DNA from: an uncultured Lentimicrobiaceae bacterium | GTDB lineage: Bacteria; Bacteroidota; Bacteroidia; Bacteroidales; WCHB1-69 | Direction of reading: 5' to 3' | Length of the DNA: 64,000 nucleotides | NCBI GenBank assembly: GCA_964521105.1 | Contig: CAZFPO010000005.1 | Span: 3,534-67,533 of the forward strand | Shown: positions 30,936 through 40,695 of the stretch, piece by piece | Numbering within the stretch: position 1 is the first letter of the stretch | Layout: every line of letters begins with the position of its first letter | The notes under the pieces: generated by a model | What the model was told of the DNA's origin: nothing | The model's input: only the letters and a program-made list of their open reading frames with translations | Database searches by the model: none | Translations under genes and position numbers: made by a program

Positions 30936-32408
30936 ATGAAATCAAAAAACGTATTGTGGTTTATGTTAGTTGCAATTTTAAGTTTAGCTGTTTTAGGATA
31001 TTTTTTTCCTTCTAATGGTATAAAAATTGGCTCAACAACCTTAGAATTTGTTCACCCATACGATGTAATAAGAGGCGACACAAGCAAAAAAGTCGATTTA
31101 AATAGTGTTTTAACCGAAACCGATAAATATTTTAATAAAGACGAAATTAAAAATTTTACGGATAGTTTAAAAGCTTTTGAAAATTTTGCCAATAATAGTC
31201 CTACTCGAATTCATTATCCCGAAGGCAAAAGAGACATGTTTTTTGGATTGTTTGAATTAATGGAAAACTCAAAAAAGAGCAAAAAAAATATTAGAATTAT
31301 ACATTATGGCGATTCGCAAATTGAAGTTGATAGAATTACCGATTTATTTCGTGAAAATTTACAAACCGAATTTAGTGGAAATGGACCTGGTATAATTCCA
31401 GCTATTCAAACTATTCCATCATTGTCTGTTTCGCAAGATTATAGCGGAAATTTAACGAGATATACCATTTACGGAAGTAATGTTGATAGAGCTAATCATC
31501 GAAGATATGGAATAATTGGCTTAGTGTGTGAATTAAATGGAAATGCAACCATAAATTTCAGAACTCGCGAACAAGCCTATCCCAATGCTAAACAATTTTC
31601 AAAAGTTAGATTAGTTGTTGGAAAAACATCACCTGATTTTAAAGCAACTTTGGTGGCTGGTGGTAAAAATATAGGACAAAAGACCATTGAAAAAGAAACA
31701 TCGAATGCAAGTGTAATTACTTGGCTGACTGATAGACCAGTTAAATCGGGCACTATTACGTTAAGTGGCATAGCTGATATTTATGCTATAGCTTTAGATG
31801 GACAATATGGAGTTAATGTTGATAATATTCCAATGCGAGGTTGTTCGGGAGATATTTTTTCAAGAATTGAGTTTAATAGCCTTTCGTCAATTTATGATGA
31901 TATAGATACTAAATTAATTATTTTGCAGTTTGGCGGAAATGCAATGCCCCAAATAAACAGCAAAGAAAAAGCTATTTGGTTTAGTGAGCAAATTGAAAAA
32001 CAAATTCAGCACTTTCAAAAAATTCATCCAAATTGTTTAATACTATTTATTGGACCTTCGGATATGTCGAAAAATATAAAAGGAAGCATGAAAACTTGGC
32101 CTTACTTAATTGATGTAAAAGAAGAAATTAAAAAAGTAGTATTAAAAAATGGGGCAGCTTATTGGGATATGTTTGAAGCTATGGGTGGCGAAAATTCAAT
32201 GCCCGAATGGGTTAAAGCAAAACCAGCGTTAGCTACTACCGATTACATTCATTTTACTCAATTAGGCGCAAAAAAAATATCTGAAATGTTAAACAACGCT
32301 TTAATGAACGACTATCAGTTATACAAAGTTCGCCAACATTACAAAAATATAAAAGAAGGAAAAGTTATTGGAATAAAAAATATTAAAAAGAATGACAAAA
32401 AAAAGTAA
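30936..32408 (+). CDS. Membrane-anchored SGNH/GDSL-family hydrolase or acyltransferase
   Basis: 490 aa with an N-terminal TM anchor. Block I IIHYGDSQIE, block II-like LQFGGNAM and block V TDYIHFT (Asp-x-x-His). Confidence 0.7.
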   Translation: MKSKNVLWFMLVAILSLAVLGYFFPSNGIKIGSTTLEFVHPYDVIRGDTSKKVDLNSVLTETDKYFNKDEIKNFTDSLKAFENFANNSPTRIHYPEGKRDMFFGLFELMENSKKSKKNIRIIHYGDSQIEVDRITDLFRENLQTEFSGNGPGIIPAIQTIPSLSVSQDYSGNLTRYTIYGSNVDRANHRRYGIIGLVCELNGNATINFRTREQAYPNAKQFSKVRLVVGKTSPDFKATLVAGGKNIGQKTIEKETSNASVITWLTDRPVKSGTITLSGIADIYAIALDGQYGVNVDNIPMRGCSGDIFSRIEFNSLSSIYDDIDTKLIILQFGGNAMPQINSKEKAIWFSEQIEKQIQHFQKIHPNCLILFIGPSDMSKNIKGSMKTWPYLIDVKEEIKKVVLKNGAAYWDMFEAMGGENSMPEWVKAKPALATTDYIHFTQLGAKKISEMLNNALMNDYQLYKVRQHYKNIKEGKVIGIKNIKKNDKKK

Positions 32409-33642
32409 TCTATTAATGTTATTTCTTTGTTTATATTTCTCAGTTAATTCTCAGGAAGTTTTTAAGAATATTCCGGAATATCCATTTATGAATTTGTCTC
32501 TTAATAAATTAACTTTTCCGAACGACAGTAATGCTTTTGAGAAATTATTTGACAAAATGGACAACGTTATTTTTCAAGGTAAAGGCAATGTTAATATTAT
32601 TCATATTGGCGGTTCTCACATTCAAGCTGATATTTTTTCAAATCAAATGCGAAAAAACTTATTAACATTTCATCCAGGTATCATTGCTAGTCGAGGTATT
32701 GTTTTCCCTTTTAGTGCTGCTGCTACAAACAACCCGTATAACTACAAAACTACTTATAAGGGTAGATGGATACCTACACGAAATATTCACCGCGAAATTT
32801 TAAATCCACTTGGAATAACTGGTATTGCAGTTTCTACTTCCGATTCAATTGCCGAAATAAACATTAAAATACGAAATAACGAAAATGAACCATTTTATGA
32901 TTTTTCGCGAATTAGAGTGGTTGGACATTCAGAAATGAACAGCATTGAGCCAATTTTAAAAATTGATAGCCTATTTTATTTAAATGGCATTTTTGACTCT
33001 ATTACATCTTCGTACTTGTTTAATCTTACAACATATACCGACTCGCTTACACTTTGCTTTCAGTCAAACGATACTCTGCATTATCCATTTACTTTGAGTG
33101 CTATTATTTTAGAAAATGATTTCTCTGGAATAACTTATAGCTCGATTGGTGTTAATGGAGCAAGTGTTCCCTCCTACTTAAAATGTGTAAACTTTGAAAG
33201 AGATTTATCACTAATAAAACCCGATTTAATCATATTTTCAATTGGCATTAATGACGCTGCAGGCGACAACTTCGATCCCAATCAGTTTAAAAATAATTAC
33301 ACTCAACTAATCAATAAAATTAAAAAAGTTTCTCCCGATTGCGTGTTTATATTTACCACAAATAACGATAGCTATAAACGTTCCCGTCGAAAATACTATG
33401 TAAATAAAAATGGTTTGGTAGCTCAAAACGCATTTTTTGAACTTGCTAAACAACATAATGCTGCCGTTTGGGATTTCTTTTCGATTATGGGTGGTTTAAA
33501 ATCAATGGCTGAGTGGGAAAAGGCAGGACTAGCAACACGCGATAAAGTTCATTTTAAATCAGAGGGATATAAAATTATGGGCGATTTATTATTTAATGCA
33601 TTTATTACAGAATATTTAAAACATTTATCTAAACAAAATTAA
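32392..33642 (+). CDS. Secreted SGNH/GDSL-family hydrolase or acyltransferase
   Basis: 416 aa with a signal peptide (…YFSVNSQ). Block I IIHIGGSHIQ, block III FSIGINDA and block V RDKVHFK. It overlaps the previous gene by 17 nt. Confidence 0.65.
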   Translation: MTKKSNLLMLFLCLYFSVNSQEVFKNIPEYPFMNLSLNKLTFPNDSNAFEKLFDKMDNVIFQGKGNVNIIHIGGSHIQADIFSNQMRKNLLTFHPGIIASRGIVFPFSAAATNNPYNYKTTYKGRWIPTRNIHREILNPLGITGIAVSTSDSIAEINIKIRNNENEPFYDFSRIRVVGHSEMNSIEPILKIDSLFYLNGIFDSITSSYLFNLTTYTDSLTLCFQSNDTLHYPFTLSAIILENDFSGITYSSIGVNGASVPSYLKCVNFERDLSLIKPDLIIFSIGINDAAGDNFDPNQFKNNYTQLINKIKKVSPDCVFIFTTNNDSYKRSRRKYYVNKNGLVAQNAFFELAKQHNAAVWDFFSIMGGLKSMAEWEKAGLATRDKVHFKSEGYKIMGDLLFNAFITEYLKHLSKQN

Positions 33643-33654
33643 GTTTTTACTTTT

Positions 33655-35511
33655 ATGGATTTTGCAACTATCATAGCTTTTTTTCAACGAATTTTATCAT
33701 TTGACGAAAAATATCCTCTTTTATTTACTCAGTTTAATTTTTGGGCTTTTTTTGCACTAGTTTTTGCAATTTTTAGTTTAACTCATAATCGCCGATTACT
33801 ACGAAATAGTTTTTTGTTTTTTGCTAGTCTCCTTTTTTATTACAAAACAAGTGGTTTATTTGTGTTAATACTGTTATTTTCTACAGGTGTCGATTTTTTT
33901 ATTGGGAAAGCTATATTCAAGGCTCCATCAAATTTATATCGAAAATTTTACGTTATCGCAAGTGTTATTGTAAATTTAGGGGTTCTATTTTATTTTAAAT
34001 ATGCTTATTTCTTTACCGATGCGTTTAATCAGTTGTTTCATACAAATGTTGAAGTTTTTAATTATATCGCACACTGGACAAATTCGTTTACAGGTTCAAG
34101 TTTTAATGCAAGTGTTATAATGTTACCTGTTGGTATATCGTTTTATACATTTCAAACTATTAGCTATTCTGTTGATGTTTATCGCAGAAAAATTGATCCC
34201 GTAACAAATATTTTAGATTTTGGATTTTATGTTAGTTTTTTTCCACAGCTAGTTGCTGGTCCAATTGTTCGTGCAAGCGAGTTTGTGCCCCAACTATATC
34301 AAAAATATCGTTTAAGTCGATTACAATTTGGCGTTGCATTATTTTGGATATTAAACGGATTAGTGAAAAAAATGATTTTAAGTGATTATTTAGCCGTAAA
34401 TTTTATAGATAGAGTTTTTGGAAATCCTTTAATGTTTTCTGGGTTTGAAAATATCATGGCTCTTTTTGGGTATTCATTACAAGTTTATGCTGATTTCTCG
34501 GGCTATACTGATATTGCCATTGGAGTAGCTATGTTGATGGGATTTAGATTGCCAATAAATTTTAATTCGCCTTATAAAGCAACAAACCCTAATGATTTTT
34601 GGCGGCGATGGCACATGTCGTTATCAACCTGGCTACGCGATTATTTATATATTCCTCTTGGTGGTAACCGCAAAGGAACTTTTGGAAGTTACTTTTTTTT
34701 ACTAATTATGGCTCTTTTTGCAATTGTTCTTAGTGGAAATATTTGGTTAAGTTTTGTTTTAGTTTTAATTGCATTCGCTTTATTTTTAGTTGCTAGAAAG
34801 TGGAAATCATTTAAAAAAATTATAACAACAAATATTAACCTTTTGGTTACTATGCTTTTAGGTGGCTTGTGGCATGGTGCTAGTTGGAATTTTATGATTT
34901 GGGGTGGACTAAATGGAAGTGGAATAGTATTGTTTAAATTTTGGAAAAAACTCGAAATATTACACAAATTTCTTCTTACACTTTTAACTTTTGCGTTTTT
35001 TTTAATTTGGGTTAACCTCGCACCTACTCCATTAATATACATTTTTGTCTATTGGACAGGGATAATATTTGCTGGAACATCTATCGATTTTATCTCAAAA
35101 AAAATACACAAAGATTTTTCATTAAAATGGATAAATAGAGCTTGGTCAATATTTTTAACGTTTGTTTTTATTACTTTCACTAGAATGTTTTTTCGCTCTG
35201 GCTCAAATTTAAATCCAGCCGAATCAAATAAATTAGCATGGGAAACAGCCTCAAATATGGTAAACCAAATTGGTGGCGAATGGAATACATCTATCATTGG
35301 AGAAATGATTTACGAATATCGTAAAGTTTTTTTATTACTGATAGTTGGTTTAGTAGTTCATTGGTTACCTTCAAAAATGAAACAATGGTATCGTATTAAT
35401 TTCGCGTTATTACCTCAATATATGCAACTTTTAGCGGTAGTGTTTGTTATTTTTGTGATTTATCAATTTATTACTTCCGAATTACAAGCCTTTATTTATT
35501 TCCAATTTTAG
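33655..35511 (+). CDS. MBOAT-family membrane O-acyltransferase (AlgI/PatA/DltB-like)
   Basis: 618 aa and polytopic. Contains PIVRASEF, FWRRWHMSLSTWLRDYLYIPLGGNR and the conserved His region GGLWHGASWNF. Confidence 0.9.
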   Translation: MDFATIIAFFQRILSFDEKYPLLFTQFNFWAFFALVFAIFSLTHNRRLLRNSFLFFASLLFYYKTSGLFVLILLFSTGVDFFIGKAIFKAPSNLYRKFYVIASVIVNLGVLFYFKYAYFFTDAFNQLFHTNVEVFNYIAHWTNSFTGSSFNASVIMLPVGISFYTFQTISYSVDVYRRKIDPVTNILDFGFYVSFFPQLVAGPIVRASEFVPQLYQKYRLSRLQFGVALFWILNGLVKKMILSDYLAVNFIDRVFGNPLMFSGFENIMALFGYSLQVYADFSGYTDIAIGVAMLMGFRLPINFNSPYKATNPNDFWRRWHMSLSTWLRDYLYIPLGGNRKGTFGSYFFLLIMALFAIVLSGNIWLSFVLVLIAFALFLVARKWKSFKKIITTNINLLVTMLLGGLWHGASWNFMIWGGLNGSGIVLFKFWKKLEILHKFLLTLLTFAFFLIWVNLAPTPLIYIFVYWTGIIFAGTSIDFISKKIHKDFSLKWINRAWSIFLTFVFITFTRMFFRSGSNLNPAESNKLAWETASNMVNQIGGEWNTSIIGEMIYEYRKVFLLLIVGLVVHWLPSKMKQWYRINFALLPQYMQLLAVVFVIFVIYQFITSELQAFIYFQF

Positions 35512-35567
35512 CATTTGTTTTTTAATTATTTTTGAAAATTATTATATTTAAAGAAATACCATTAATT

Positions 35568-37676
35568 ATGAAAAGAAAATTAGTTTATTCCTTAATTTTG
35601 TGTTCAACAACACTTAGCAGTCTATTAGCCCAAGTTACATCAATAAACCCATTTTTTGAAGAGTGGAATACGCCGTTTGGAATACCACCTTTCGACAAAA
35701 TTAAAATAGAACATTTTATTCCTGCTTTTACTGAGGGAATGTTGCAACAAGAAAAAGCAATTAATTTAATTATTGAAAGTAAAGAACCTCCAACTTTTAA
35801 AAACACAATTGAAGCCATCGAAAATTCAAGTGAATTATTAGATAAAGTTAGCTCGGTTTTTTCTAATTTACGTTCGGCAAATACAAATGCCGAAATTCAA
35901 AAAATTGCATCTGAAATTTTTCCAAAACTTTCGGCACACAGCGACAATATAAACTTAAATCCGAAACTTTTTGATAAAATAAAAATTGTATACCAAAATC
36001 GAAATAATGAAAAACTTACACCAGAACAAATTAGGTTAACCGAAAAATATTACAAAAGTTTTGTTCGGAGTGGTGCTAACCTAAACGAGAAAGACAAAGC
36101 ACGAATGAGAGATATTAATGCCGAATTATCAAAATTTACTTTAACTTTTGGAGATAATTTATTAGCCGAAACAAATAGTTTTATTTTAACCATCGATAAT
36201 GAAAAAGACTTAGTTGGCTTGCCCGCTTCGGTTATTAAAGCTGCTAAAGAAGAAGCTATGAGCCGAAAGTTAAACGATAAATGGATATTTACATTACAAA
36301 AAACAAGTTTAATTCCTTTTTTACAATATTCTCAAAATCGAAAATTACGTGAATTTTTATATAACGGATATCTTAATAGAGCCAATAATAATAACGAATT
36401 TGACAATAAAAAGATTTTAGTTCAAATAATTATGCTTCGGCATGAAAAAGCTAAGTTATTAGGATATGAAAGTCATGCAGCGTTTGTATTAGAAGAAAAT
36501 ATGGCAAAAACACCAAACAAAGTGTTCGACCTTATTGATAAAGTTTGGGAACCAGCTATTAAAAAAGCCCTTCATGAGGAAGAAGAATTACTTATGACAG
36601 CAAAAATGGAAAATTCTGACTTCTCAAAAATTGAATCATGGGATTGGTGGTTTTATGCCGAAAAAGTTCGCAAAATTAAATACAAAATTGATGAAGAAGA
36701 ACTTCGTCCATATTTTAAACTCGAAAATGTTCGAGATGGTATTTTTGATGTGGTAACCAAATTATATGGTATTACTTTTAAAGAACAAAAAAATGTTCCA
36801 ATTTATCACCCCGAAGTTACAGTTTATGAAGTTATTGATAACAACAAACAGGTGTTGGGCGTATTATTAATGGATTTCTTTCCACGAGCATCAAAACGTG
36901 GCGGTGCATGGTGTACTACATATCGTTCGGCACATTACAAAAATGGAAAACGAATCACACCAGTAGTTTCAATTGTATGTAATTTTACTAAACCAACTTC
37001 TGACTCTCCGTCCCTATTAAACATGGATGAAGTTGAAACATTTTTTCATGAATTTGGACACGCAGTTCATGCATTGGTTTCAAATTGTCAATACAAAGGT
37101 AGCACATCTGTTCCTCGCGATTTTGTTGAGCTTCCTTCGCAAATCATGGAACATTGGGCAACCGAACCATCTGTTTTAAAGCAGTATGCTAAACACTATA
37201 AAACGAACAAGCCTATTTCAGATGAATTAATTTCAAAAATTAATAAAAGTAGCTATTTCAATCAAGGTTTTGCTACCTGCGAATATTTAGCTGCTGCATA
37301 CCTCGACATGATGTATCATACGATGAGTTTTAAAGAAAAATTTGACTCGAACGAATTAGAAAGAGCAATTTTAGAAAAAAAAGGTTTAATTTCATCTATT
37401 GCTCCTCGATACCGAAGCACCTATTTTCAACATATCTTTGCCGGTGGATATTCGGCAGGTTATTATAGTTACATTTGGTCGGAAGTGCTCGATGCTGATG
37501 CATTTCAGGCATTTAAAGAAACCGGCGATATTTTTAATAAAAAAATTGCTACTGCTTTTCGGAAAAAAATTCTTGAAAATGGTAATACAAAAGACCCTTA
37601 TCAAATGTATATCGATTTTAGAGGTAGTGAACCCAAAATTGAGCCTTTACTTCGCAATAGAGGACTTTTGCAATAA
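35568..37676 (+). CDS. dcp: M3-family peptidyl-dipeptidase (Dcp-like), secreted
   Basis: Signal peptide MKRKLVYSLILCSTTLSSLLAQ, zinc motif FFHEFGHAVH with downstream E (FVELPSQIMEHW), and overall M3 length. The start was moved from the TTG at 35532. Confidence 0.85.
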   Translation: MKRKLVYSLILCSTTLSSLLAQVTSINPFFEEWNTPFGIPPFDKIKIEHFIPAFTEGMLQQEKAINLIIESKEPPTFKNTIEAIENSSELLDKVSSVFSNLRSANTNAEIQKIASEIFPKLSAHSDNINLNPKLFDKIKIVYQNRNNEKLTPEQIRLTEKYYKSFVRSGANLNEKDKARMRDINAELSKFTLTFGDNLLAETNSFILTIDNEKDLVGLPASVIKAAKEEAMSRKLNDKWIFTLQKTSLIPFLQYSQNRKLREFLYNGYLNRANNNNEFDNKKILVQIIMLRHEKAKLLGYESHAAFVLEENMAKTPNKVFDLIDKVWEPAIKKALHEEEELLMTAKMENSDFSKIESWDWWFYAEKVRKIKYKIDEEELRPYFKLENVRDGIFDVVTKLYGITFKEQKNVPIYHPEVTVYEVIDNNKQVLGVLLMDFFPRASKRGGAWCTTYRSAHYKNGKRITPVVSIVCNFTKPTSDSPSLLNMDEVETFFHEFGHAVHALVSNCQYKGSTSVPRDFVELPSQIMEHWATEPSVLKQYAKHYKTNKPISDELISKINKSSYFNQGFATCEYLAAAYLDMMYHTMSFKEKFDSNELERAILEKKGLISSIAPRYRSTYFQHIFAGGYSAGYYSYIWSEVLDADAFQAFKETGDIFNKKIATAFRKKILENGNTKDPYQMYIDFRGSEPKIEPLLRNRGLLQ

Positions 37677-37706
37677 ACTATTTTTTCTCAAATTCAAATT
37701 CCATTC

Positions 37707-39527
37707 ATGAAAAAAATTTCATTAGTATTTGTATTGTTATTTTTGCATCAAATTGCATTTAACCAACAAAAAGTTGATTTTACAACCTATTTTGAATCAA
37801 CACTTGGTAAAGAAACACCTTCCTATCAAAAAACAATCGAATATTGTGAATTACTTGCTCAAAATTCAAAATATATAAACCTAAGTTCAATTGGGTACTC
37901 ACCTCAGGGTCGTAAAATTCCAATATTAATAATTGATAAAAACGGCTTTAGCTCACCCTTTTTAATTAAAGCAACCGGACGAGCTATTGTTTTTATTCAA
38001 GCATGCGTTCATGCCGGTGAACCCGATGGTAAAGATGCAGGTTTAATGCTCATTAGAGATATTGCAATTAATTCAAAATATTTGAAATGGCTCGACAATA
38101 TAAGTATCGTATTCATGCCAATTTTTAATGTTGATGGTCATGAACGTTTTTCGCCATTCAATAGAATAAATCAAAACGGACCCAAAGAAATGGGCTGGCG
38201 AACTACGTCTAAAAACTATAACTTAAACCGAGTTTACCTAAAAGCCGATGCTTCGGAAATGAAAAATTGGCTTGAAATGTTTCATAAGTGGAATTTCGAT
38301 TTTTTAGTTGATTGCCATACTACCGATGGTGCTGATTATCAATATGCACTTACTTACAGTTTGGAAACAAATGGCACACTAGATAATGATTTAAGCAATT
38401 GGATAGAAAAAAAATATTTGCCTTATGTTGACAGCAACATGACTAAATCGGGCTTTTTAATTTATCCATATATTATTTTTAGGAATTGGCACGACCCGAG
38501 AAGTGGACTCAGAAATTACGCTTCTTCATTGAAATTACTAAATGGATATGCTGCCGCAAATAATCGAATTTGTTTGCTTATCGAAACCCATCAACTCAAA
38601 GATTACAAAACACGAGTTTGGGCAACATACGAGATGCTTCGGCATTCGTTAGAAATAATTTCTAAAAATTACACTGAACTCATTAATTTGAATAAACTTG
38701 CTGATGAAAAGTCCAAAAATATTCAAATTACTCAACCAATTTTTCCCTTAAATTACGTTTCGAATGGAGACTCAATTATGGTTAATTTTAAGGGAGTTCA
38801 CTATGATATACTAAAAAGTAAGTTCACTGGCGAAAATTGGTTTTTGTACGATAGTACAAGAAAAGAAGATTTCATTATTCCATATTTTAAGCAACTTGTA
38901 CCCGAAAAAACGATAAATATTCCACTTGCATACATAATTCCATCTGAGTGGACTGAAATTATTGATTTATTGAAAATACACAATGTTACATATTTTGTTA
39001 TGAATGAGAATGTCGCGTTAAACGTCATGAGTACTCGGTTTTCAAACGTTAAATTATCTCCAAATTCTTTTGAGGGCAGACAAATGGTTGTATCATTTGA
39101 TTTAGTTGAATCGCCCGAAAAAGTAGTTATATTAAAAAACTCAGTATTAGTACCTACTCGACAAATTTCTTCAAAAATGATAATTCACATGTTTGAGCCT
39201 TATTCTGGAGATTCATATTTTCAATGGGGATTTTTTAATTCAATTTTAGAGCAAAAAGAGTATGCTGAGTCGTACGTGATGGAAAAAATGATGATTGAAA
39301 TGCTTGAAAATGATAAGGAATTACAAAATGAGTTCGATTATAAAATGAAAAACGACTCTGTATTTGCTTCAAATCCTCGAAATGTATATAACTGGTTTTA
39401 TTCTAAAACTCCATACTGGGACCAAAAATTAAATTTATATCCCATTTTAAAGGTTGTTGATGATACCCAATTTAAAATATTAGATAATTCTAAGAAAATT
39501 GGAATTAAGTTATTGAAAAGTAGATAA
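37707..39527 (+). CDS. M14-family zinc carboxypeptidase, secreted
   Basis: Signal peptide, HxxE zinc motif (CVHAGEPDG), third ligand (LVDCHTTDG) and catalytic Glu region (LLIETHQL), plus a roughly 250-aa C-terminal extension. Confidence 0.8.
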   Translation: MKKISLVFVLLFLHQIAFNQQKVDFTTYFESTLGKETPSYQKTIEYCELLAQNSKYINLSSIGYSPQGRKIPILIIDKNGFSSPFLIKATGRAIVFIQACVHAGEPDGKDAGLMLIRDIAINSKYLKWLDNISIVFMPIFNVDGHERFSPFNRINQNGPKEMGWRTTSKNYNLNRVYLKADASEMKNWLEMFHKWNFDFLVDCHTTDGADYQYALTYSLETNGTLDNDLSNWIEKKYLPYVDSNMTKSGFLIYPYIIFRNWHDPRSGLRNYASSLKLLNGYAAANNRICLLIETHQLKDYKTRVWATYEMLRHSLEIISKNYTELINLNKLADEKSKNIQITQPIFPLNYVSNGDSIMVNFKGVHYDILKSKFTGENWFLYDSTRKEDFIIPYFKQLVPEKTINIPLAYIIPSEWTEIIDLLKIHNVTYFVMNENVALNVMSTRFSNVKLSPNSFEGRQMVVSFDLVESPEKVVILKNSVLVPTRQISSKMIIHMFEPYSGDSYFQWGFFNSILEQKEYAESYVMEKMMIEMLENDKELQNEFDYKMKNDSVFASNPRNVYNWFYSKTPYWDQKLNLYPILKVVDDTQFKILDNSKKIGIKLLKSR

Positions 39528-39530
39528 ATA

Positions 39531-39562
39531 AAAAAGAAGATGTTGACATCTTCTTTTTTTCT
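39531..39562. terminator. Bidirectional terminator between the M14 peptidase gene and rpmH
   Basis: AGAAGATGT-tg-ACATCTTCT hairpin flanked by an A-run and a T-run. Confidence 0.7.
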
Positions 39563-39614
39563 CAAAAGAGAAAATATATTTTTAAAAAATCGTATTCAAA
39601 AAAATAAAAAAAAA

Positions 39615-39773
39615 TTATTTTTTAGTTGGATTTTCATCGGAAACGGTTAATTTTTTGCGACCTTTCGCACGACGTGCAGCCAACACTCTGCGACCATTAG
39701 CTGATTCCATACGTTTACGAAAACCGTGTTTATTTTTTCTTTTTTTGTTCGATGGTTGGAATGTCCTTTTCAT
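39615..39773 (-). CDS. rpmH: 50S ribosomal protein L34
   Basis: Hand translation of the minus strand gives [52 protein letters not shown], a textbook L34. It is absent from the ORF track because it is under 60 aa. Confidence 0.93.
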   Translation of the reverse strand: MKRTFQPSNKKRKNKHGFRKRMESANGRRVLAARRAKGRKKLTVSDENPTKK

Positions 39774-39795
39774 AGTTCATTTAATTTTTGGACTG

Positions 39796-39803
39796 CAAAA
39801 TTA
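39796..39803 (-). promoter_or_regulatory. -7 promoter box (TAATTTTG on the minus strand) for rpmH
   Basis: CAAAATTA on the plus strand lies 23 nt upstream of the ATG at 39773. The extended box is GTAATTTTGCAGTCC. Confidence 0.5.
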
Positions 39804-39918
39804 CTTAATATTTTTGAATTTAGCAAGTATTTATTGATTTTTTTCAACAACTCTTTTTTAATAACTTTAGGAAACAAAAAAATAATCATTCTTGGTTCGA
39901 TTAATAAAGCAAAAACCA

Positions 39919-40695
39919 TTAATAAATCATCATGGAAGTCATTGACAATGAGCCTGCAATTATTTTGTCGTTAAAAAAAATAATTTTTTCTTCTTTATTT
40001 TTTAATGCTAAAATATAAAGTAGCGGTAAAAAATGCTCAGGAGTTGGTATTGAGTTTTTAAATGATAATCCAAGTTGAGAGTAATTAAAAAGCGATTCAT
40101 GATTATCCTGTATAATGAAATCTTTAATTTTATCACTTGCTTCCGTTGCCCAATCATAGGCATATTCTTCGTTATTTAATTTATTCCATGCTAACATTCT
40201 TAAATTATGAATGATGTTACCACTTCCAACAATTAAAACTCCCCTATTCCTTAAAAAAGCTAATTCTTTAGCTAATTGATAATGCTCGTAAGTTTTTTTA
40301 TTTAAATCTAAACTTAATTGAATAATAGGTACGTCTGCTTTAGGGTAAAAGTGTTTCAATACCGACCACGTGCCATGGTCTAACCCCCAATTATAATCAA
40401 GTTCGATTGTTTTTTTTACGATGTTTTTTATTTCTAGTGCTAAATCAGGATTTCCCTTAGCGGGATAAATAATTTCATATAATTCGGGAGGAAAACCTCC
40501 AAAGTCGTGTATAGTAGGTGGATTTTCCATTCCTGTAACCAAAGAACCATTGGTTTCCCAGTGAGCTGAAATGCATAAAATTGACTTAGGTTTAGGAGTT
40601 GTAAAAGAAATTTCTTTAAATTTTTGAACAAATTCATTTTCTTCGATAGCATTCATAGGACTACCGTGACCTATGAATAGAATTGGCATTTTCAT
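39919..40695 (-). CDS. ygiD: LigB-family class III extradiol dioxygenase (YgiD / 4,5-DOPA dioxygenase-like)
   Basis: 258 aa. MPILFIGHGSPMNAIE…, …SAHWET…, …DHGTWSVL… and …GSGNIIHNL… match the YgiD pattern of metal-binding His residues. Its start overlaps the upstream stop (ATGA). Confidence 0.8.
   Translation of the reverse strand: MKMPILFIGHGSPMNAIEENEFVQKFKEISFTTPKPKSILCISAHWETNGSLVTGMENPPTIHDFGGFPPELYEIIYPAKGNPDLALEIKNIVKKTIELDYNWGLDHGTWSVLKHFYPKADVPIIQLSLDLNKKTYEHYQLAKELAFLRNRGVLIVGSGNIIHNLRMLAWNKLNNEEYAYDWATEASDKIKDFIIQDNHESLFNYSQLGLSFKNSIPTPEHFLPLLYILALKNKEEKIIFFNDKIIAGSLSMTSMMIY

Noticed and set aside
39615-39773. rpmH could indicate proximity to the replication origin (rpmH-rnpA-dnaA neighbourhood)
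   Set aside because: Neither rnpA nor dnaA is adjacent, and I did not see a cluster of DnaA-box-like 9-mers in the flanking intergenic DNA. rpmH appears to be a stand-alone gene with its own promoter and terminator.
39655-39974. Two plus-strand ORFs (60 and 82 aa) in the track
   Set aside because: The first is antisense to the unmistakable rpmH (L34) coding sequence. The second spans the rpmH promoter and the ygiD 3' end. Both are low-complexity and lack homology-like motifs.
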